Assembly (NCBI GenBank): GCA_040386535.1
Contig: JAZKFH010000015.1
Location: 64,001-128,000, forward strand
Direction: 5' to 3'
DNA from: Myxococcota bacterium
GTDB taxonomy: Bacteria; Myxococcota_A; UBA796; SXON01
Length of the DNA: 64,000 nt
This document shows positions 61,075-64,000 of this stretch, one piece after another. Made by a program: the position numbers and the translations under genes. Numbering within the stretch: the stretch's first letter is position 1; every line of letters begins with the position of its first letter. The notes under the pieces were generated by a model. The model had not been told where the DNA came from. It searched no databases and saw only the letters and a program-made list of their open reading frames with translations.

Positions 61075-61434
61075 TCAGGCCTGCTCGATGTCCGCCGCCT
61101 CGATGTCCGCGGGGGACCACGGCGGCTCGAACACGAGCTCAACGGTGCCCTGAAAGCCGATCGACGCGACCGCTCGCTCGCACGCCGTCGTGAGCCATCC
61201 GGTGAGCGGGCACCCCGCGGTGGTGGGCGTGAGGCGGATCCGGGCCACACCGGCGAGCACGCTCACGCCACGGATCATGCCGAGGTGCACGATGTCCTTC
61301 CCGAGCTCGGGATCGATCACGCCCCGGAGCGCCGCGACCACCCGCCCGGCGTCGCCCTCCCCGCCGTAGATCGCGGTGGTCTCGGGCGCGTCGGTCCCGA
61401 AGAACAGGGCCTTCACGGTGTCGAAGATGCTCAT
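61075..61434 (-). CDS. Metal-sulfur cluster assembly factor (SufT/DUF59)
   Basis: VIDPELG.DIV.LG, TT.GCP, VFEPPW. Confidence 0.88.
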   Translation of the reverse strand: MSIFDTVKALFFGTDAPETTAIYGGEGDAGRVVAALRGVIDPELGKDIVHLGMIRGVSVLAGVARIRLTPTTAGCPLTGWLTTACERAVASIGFQGTVELVFEPPWSPADIEAADIEQA

Positions 61435-61444
61435 CGTGCCTCCG

Positions 61445-62728
61445 TCATGCTCGTGTGCCAGCTCGTGTGCCAGGGAGCGCCACCGCCGCCCGCCACGCCA
61501 GGGCCGCGCGGGCCCCCGCGCCCATCACCGTGACCATGTGCAGCGCCGCGCCCACCGCGAGCAGCGCCGCGCCCGCGCGGGCCACGCCTTCGAGCGCGGC
61601 GGCGAGCCCGCCGACAAGCAGCGCCCCGCCCACCGCCGTCGCCGCGACCTGCGCCCATCCCGCGGGCGTGCTCGTCAACGTCGCGGGCGCCGGGCCGGGC
61701 CGCCCCGCCAACAAGTGCGCCCAGAGCAGGAACGGGACCACCCGGAGCGCCACGCCGTGCTGGAGCGGGAGCAGCCACGCCGCCGCCACCCCCGCGACCA
61801 GCGCCGGGCCCGTGAGCGCGCCCGTGGCCGCCCCGATGGCGACGCCCAGCAGCCCCACCAGCGCCAGCCCCGCCTGGGTGAGGCCCGGCCCCCGGGTCTG
61901 GAGAGTCGCCTTGGCGCGGGCACCGCCGATCAGCGCGTGGAGCAGGAGCCCGGCGGCGAGCGCCGCGCCCGCGGCCCAGAGCATCACCGAGCCCACCATC
62001 AGCCCGCCGAACCAGGCGAGGCCCGCGAGGACGAACGCGCCGGCGGGGGGCTCGCGCCCGAGCGCGAACATGGGCAGCAACAGCGCGCCGAGTCCGATCA
62101 CCCAGCCGCCGATCCACCCCACCGCGAGGAGCGCGACGTGGTGGCCCACCCCCCCGATCGGGTCGGCGAGCACGGGGTGTCCGAGCCGGCCCGCGTACAG
62201 GACCGTGGCGTAGCCCAGCCCACCCCACAGGCACCCCTCCGCGGCGAGCAGCCAGAGCCGGATGCCGACGCGGCCGCGTGCGCCGGACAGCCCCCGCCAG
62301 AGCAGCGGGACGAGGCCCGCCGACCGCGTGATCAGCGCGCCGATGACGAGCAGCGCGCCGATCGCGCCCACCCATCGGGCGCCGGCCATGCCGATCCAGA
62401 GGAGCAGCGCGCCGAGGACCGCGGCGGGGCCGACGTGGCCGGCGAGCCGGGCCAACCCGGGCGGAAGGGGACGGGCCACCACGACCGGAGCGAGCTGCCA
62501 CCCCGCCCCGACCACCGGCAACACCAGCCCGCCGATCGCGACGAGGTGCACGCCGACCAGGAGGGACGGCCAGCCGTACCAGCCCGCGTTCAGCGGGGCG
62601 GCTCCCGCGATGACCGCCCAGCCCACGACCTCGGCGCCCAGGCCCGCGACCATCGGGATGGCCACGAGCCGGAGGGGGACGAGGGTGCCGATCGCAGCGA
62701 CGGGGGCGCTGTCAGGGGCGGCGGACAT
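61445..62728 (-). CDS. Polytopic membrane protein
   Basis: About 12 TM segments; HLVAIG, QL.PV, LLPMF, RVVPFL.W. Confidence 0.75.
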   Translation of the reverse strand: MSAAPDSAPVAAIGTLVPLRLVAIPMVAGLGAEVVGWAVIAGAAPLNAGWYGWPSLLVGVHLVAIGGLVLPVVGAGWQLAPVVVARPLPPGLARLAGHVGPAAVLGALLLWIGMAGARWVGAIGALLVIGALITRSAGLVPLLWRGLSGARGRVGIRLWLLAAEGCLWGGLGYATVLYAGRLGHPVLADPIGGVGHHVALLAVGWIGGWVIGLGALLLPMFALGREPPAGAFVLAGLAWFGGLMVGSVMLWAAGAALAAGLLLHALIGGARAKATLQTRGPGLTQAGLALVGLLGVAIGAATGALTGPALVAGVAAAWLLPLQHGVALRVVPFLLWAHLLAGRPGPAPATLTSTPAGWAQVAATAVGGALLVGGLAAALEGVARAGAALLAVGAALHMVTVMGAGARAALAWRAAVALPGTRAGTRA

Positions 62729-63494
62729 GGATCTCGACGCCGCCCCCTCGCGGACGCACGTCCCAGGTGAGCCCGCGCTCCACGAGCTTCGGGTAGAGCA
62801 GGGCGGGTTCGCGGGCGTGGATCACGCGCAGCGGCAGCGCCCCCGCGTCGAGCGCGGCGAGCACTCGGCGCATGGGCTCGGGGGGCGGGAGCCTGGAGAC
62901 GTCGATGCGCCAGCCCTCTCCTTCGCGCTCGGGCGCCGCGTCGGTGCTGTCCACGGCCTCTCCGGCCGCCTCGCCGCTCACCTCGCTGGCGCCGTGCCCA
63001 TGGGCGAACGAGACGAGGCACGCCTCGCCCTCCCACCGTGTCCAGCTGGCCCACCCCTGGCGCGCGAGCAGGCCTACGAGCGGCACCGGCTCGAACGGCG
63101 CCATCACGGTGAGCTGGCCGCCGGCAGGGAGGCTCCGGAGCGCGAGGAGGATGCTCGCCAATGGGTCCTCCCCGGCGTCGAGGAGCGGGCGCGCGTCGAG
63201 CACGGTAATGCGGGTGGCGTCGAACCAGCCGGGCGCGGGCGTGGGCGGCGGGCGCGCGACGGGCTCCGCGACGGGGATGGGGCGCCCTTCGGGGAGGTTC
63301 ATGATCGCGACGAGGGTGTCCACGTCGATCCCCACGATCCGCGCGGCGTCGGCCACGGTGGTGAGCCGGGGGAGGATGCGGCCGAGCACCGGGTGGTTGA
63401 GTCGGGCGAACGCGGGGTGGAGCGCGGGGAGGACCTCCCGGAGGGAGGGCCGCCGGGCGAGGGCGTCGGACACCCGGGTGGAAGCCGTGATCAT
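62712..63494 (-). CDS. DUF1858/DUF2249 domain protein
   Basis: LDARP....G.DP...I, PFEP.PL, DVSRLPPPEPM, REPALLYP. Confidence 0.78.
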   Translation of the reverse strand: MITASTRVSDALARRPSLREVLPALHPAFARLNHPVLGRILPRLTTVADAARIVGIDVDTLVAIMNLPEGRPIPVAEPVARPPPTPAPGWFDATRITVLDARPLLDAGEDPLASILLALRSLPAGGQLTVMAPFEPVPLVGLLARQGWASWTRWEGEACLVSFAHGHGASEVSGEAAGEAVDSTDAAPEREGEGWRIDVSRLPPPEPMRRVLAALDAGALPLRVIHAREPALLYPKLVERGLTWDVRPRGGGVEIHVRRP

Positions 63495-63519
63495 GGGGAA
63501 CTCCGGAGAGCCCGCAATC

Positions 63520-63535
63520 TGCAAGACGCGGGCCA
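63520..63535 (-). promoter_or_regulatory. sigma54 promoter for the DUF2249 operon
   Basis: Minus strand TGGCCC-GCGTC-TTGCA. Confidence 0.6.
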
Positions 63536-63677
63536 CCTCGTTTTTTCAGGCCCAAGGTCGATCTGCTCCAGCTTCCGCGGCCACCTCCGTTCGGCGGATG
63601 GGTTGGATGGCACACCCCGTGTGTGTCCTGGCCCCCGAAATCGTCGTTCGTAGCGGGAGGATGCCTTCGCGACGCTC

Positions 63678-63693
63678 TGGCACAGCCGTTGCT
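63678..63693 (+). promoter_or_regulatory. sigma54 promoter for nirK
   Basis: TGGCAC-AGCCG-TTGCT. Confidence 0.7.
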
Positions 63694-63718
63694 TACGGAG
63701 CGACCGACCGGAGATTGA

Positions 63719-64000
63719 ATGACCAGGAACCTCTTCCGTACGCTCCCCCTCGCGCTCGTCCTCGTCGCGTGTCAGCCGACGCCGGCCGCGCCGGACGAGG
63801 CGACCACCAACGGGCTCGCCGCCATGCCCTCCACCGAGGCCCGCGCGCTCACCCCCGTCGGCGAGGCGATCCCGGCGGTGCTCACCCAGGCCCCGAACGT
63901 GCCGCCGCCCATCACGCGCAAGGAGCCCGCGAAGCTGGTGGTCAACCTCGAGGTCAAGGAGGTCACCAAGCCGATCTCCGAGGGCGTCGACTACGTGTTC
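63719..64000 (+). CDS. nirK: Copper-containing nitrite reductase, AniA-type lipoprotein (partial, runs off window end)
   Basis: Manual translation MTRNLFRTLPLALVLVAC...AVLTQAPNVPPPITRKEPAKLVVNLEVKEVTKPISEGVDYVF resembles the AniA/NirK N-terminus. Confidence 0.8.
   Translation, partial: MTRNLFRTLPLALVLVACQPTPAAPDEATTNGLAAMPSTEARALTPVGEAIPAVLTQAPNVPPPITRKEPAKLVVNLEVKEVTKPISEGVDYVF

Noticed and set aside
61449..61472. 12-bp direct repeat GCTCGTGTGCCA as a sigma54 site
   Set aside because: TGGCAC is present on the minus strand but the -12 TTGC is not; it lies in the end of a CDS

Overview
64 kb of very GC-rich bacterial chromosome, most likely Myxococcota (inferred from two MYXO-CTERM-like tails, an AgmX/PglI-like C-terminal domain, a TraB-like OmpA/TSP3 protein and many Asp/Thr-rich lipoproteins). 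It is mostly housekeeping and envelope genes: three beta-oxidation-type modules, thiG/thiE, bioA/bioB/bioF, sat, a TMTC-like protein with a GT4, a comEC-like MBL/DUF3006/comEA cluster, tRNA-Arg(CCT), an orphan DNA methyltransferase, nhaR-like/terC, and the 5' end of nirK divergent from a DUF2249/SufT operon. The most unusual structures are (i) an HUH/Y1 (RAYT-like) gene flanked by 51-bp palindromic units, six in two tandem triplets downstream and about 1.5 inverted upstream; (ii) an enoyl-CoA hydratase fused to a T2SSE_N-like domain through a linker that begins with a repeat also found intergenically; (iii) a lower-GC array of purine/pyrimidine hairpin repeats at 22.8-23.3 kb; (iv) a Bacillus FadR-like operator and a related palindrome upstream of two fad operons; (v) recurrent TANNNT-5/6 nt-ATG (leaderless-type) starts and very short signal peptides; (vi) a comEC-like gene whose apparent signal peptide has no canonical start codon. 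All family assignments come from motif recognition by eye; no database searches were run.
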